64,000 nucleotides of DNA from assembly GCA_026026165.1 (NCBI GenBank), contig JAPEUD010000028.1, forward strand, positions 124,001 through 188,000, given 5' to 3'. Below the pieces are notes generated by a model, which searched no databases, was not told the DNA's origin, and worked only from the letters and a program-made list of their open reading frames with translations. This DNA comes from Sarea resinae. Lineage: Eukaryota. Both the position numbers and the translations under genes were made by a program. Of the stretch, positions 63,215-64,000 are shown one piece after another; position 1 is the first letter of the stretch; every line of letters begins with the position of its first letter.

Positions 63215-64000
63215 AGGTTATTCTTATCGGGAAGCTTCCTCTCACTCCAAGGAACTGGCCGAAGACGTGGCTTATGGGACTGTTTCTGGTGAACAGGCAC
63301 AGATTTAATGTAGTAGTTGAACAAGCCGATATGCACCGAGATGGTTTGAAATATCTTTCGGTCAAACCGAAAGATGAAAAGACTATATTCTCAAAGAATA
63401 CGAAGCTCAGACAGCAGTATCAAATCGAGCGCAAATTCAGGAGAGTGGTCGAAGCTGGGTCAAGACAGATCCTCCTCATATAGTCATTGAAATCCATAGC
63501 ATCAAAGAAAAAGCCTTGCGCCTGATCGTCGCAAGGCTATTGAAGATTTGAGACAGAGCAGCTGATTGGGGGGTCGAGGCTACCGAGCAAGGCTCTGGCC
63601 CCGCAGCAACAAAAAGAGGATATTGCAAAACAAAGCCGTCAGTCATATTGAGGGCTCGAAGGAGCCTCGCATCGGGTTCCTAGCTCGCTGTCCCGAGGAT
63701 GGTGGGTGCATCTGTCTGCCACTCAATGCAAGTAGAGCCAGGCCAAGCAATGGGCTCAAATAGTCTCCTGTCTAGTGCAAGACGGATGAGCAGAAGGGAT
63801 TTTCAAAGAGGAGGAATCCGTCAAAGGAAAGAGGAGAGAGGACGAGAAAGAGACCTTCCGCCGACCAAGACATGAGGTGGCCGTATCCGTCAGTGCTTGA
63901 CTCGACGCCATCACGATACTATGCTTTGTCCCAGGTCTGCCCCACCTCAGACATGGCTGTTCGCGGGTCGATTGAGGTCGACGACGAACGAGCATCTGGA

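Overview
Eukaryotic, intron-containing DNA from a filamentous ascomycete (Pezizomycotina), judged from short GT-AG introns with CTRAC branch sites and from the gene families present. About 21 protein-coding genes can be reconstructed, mostly housekeeping: DNA polymerase kappa (partial), Rheb, ornithine decarboxylase, TRAX, two F-box-like proteins, a Ral2/Mds3 kelch protein, an alpha/beta hydrolase, a Tgl4-like patatin lipase, an Atg28-like protein, a DCAF7/WDR68-like WD40 protein, a Cab4-like PPAT, phospholipase B, a BRCT protein, an MFS transporter, pyruvate kinase, a 76-aa DUF1748 protein missed by the ORF track, a small HTH-family protein, a DUF985 cupin, Jip5/WDR55 and a large unrecognised zinc-finger protein. 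I recognised no rRNA, tRNA, transposase or CRISPR/cas genes. The most notable features are: (1) a non-AUG upstream coding region ending Pro-Pro-stop in the ODC leader; (2) a 7-unit hairpin-bearing repeat array at about 30.4-30.95 kb; (3) four AT/TpA-rich microsatellite islands, each between convergent genes whose 3' ends are GC-rich and low-complexity; (4) a triplicated docking-like peptide in an N-terminal extension of the Ral2 homologue; (5) three zinc fingers each split by a phase-0 intron at the equivalent position. All family assignments come from motif recognition by eye, not database searches, and exon boundaries are manual predictions.
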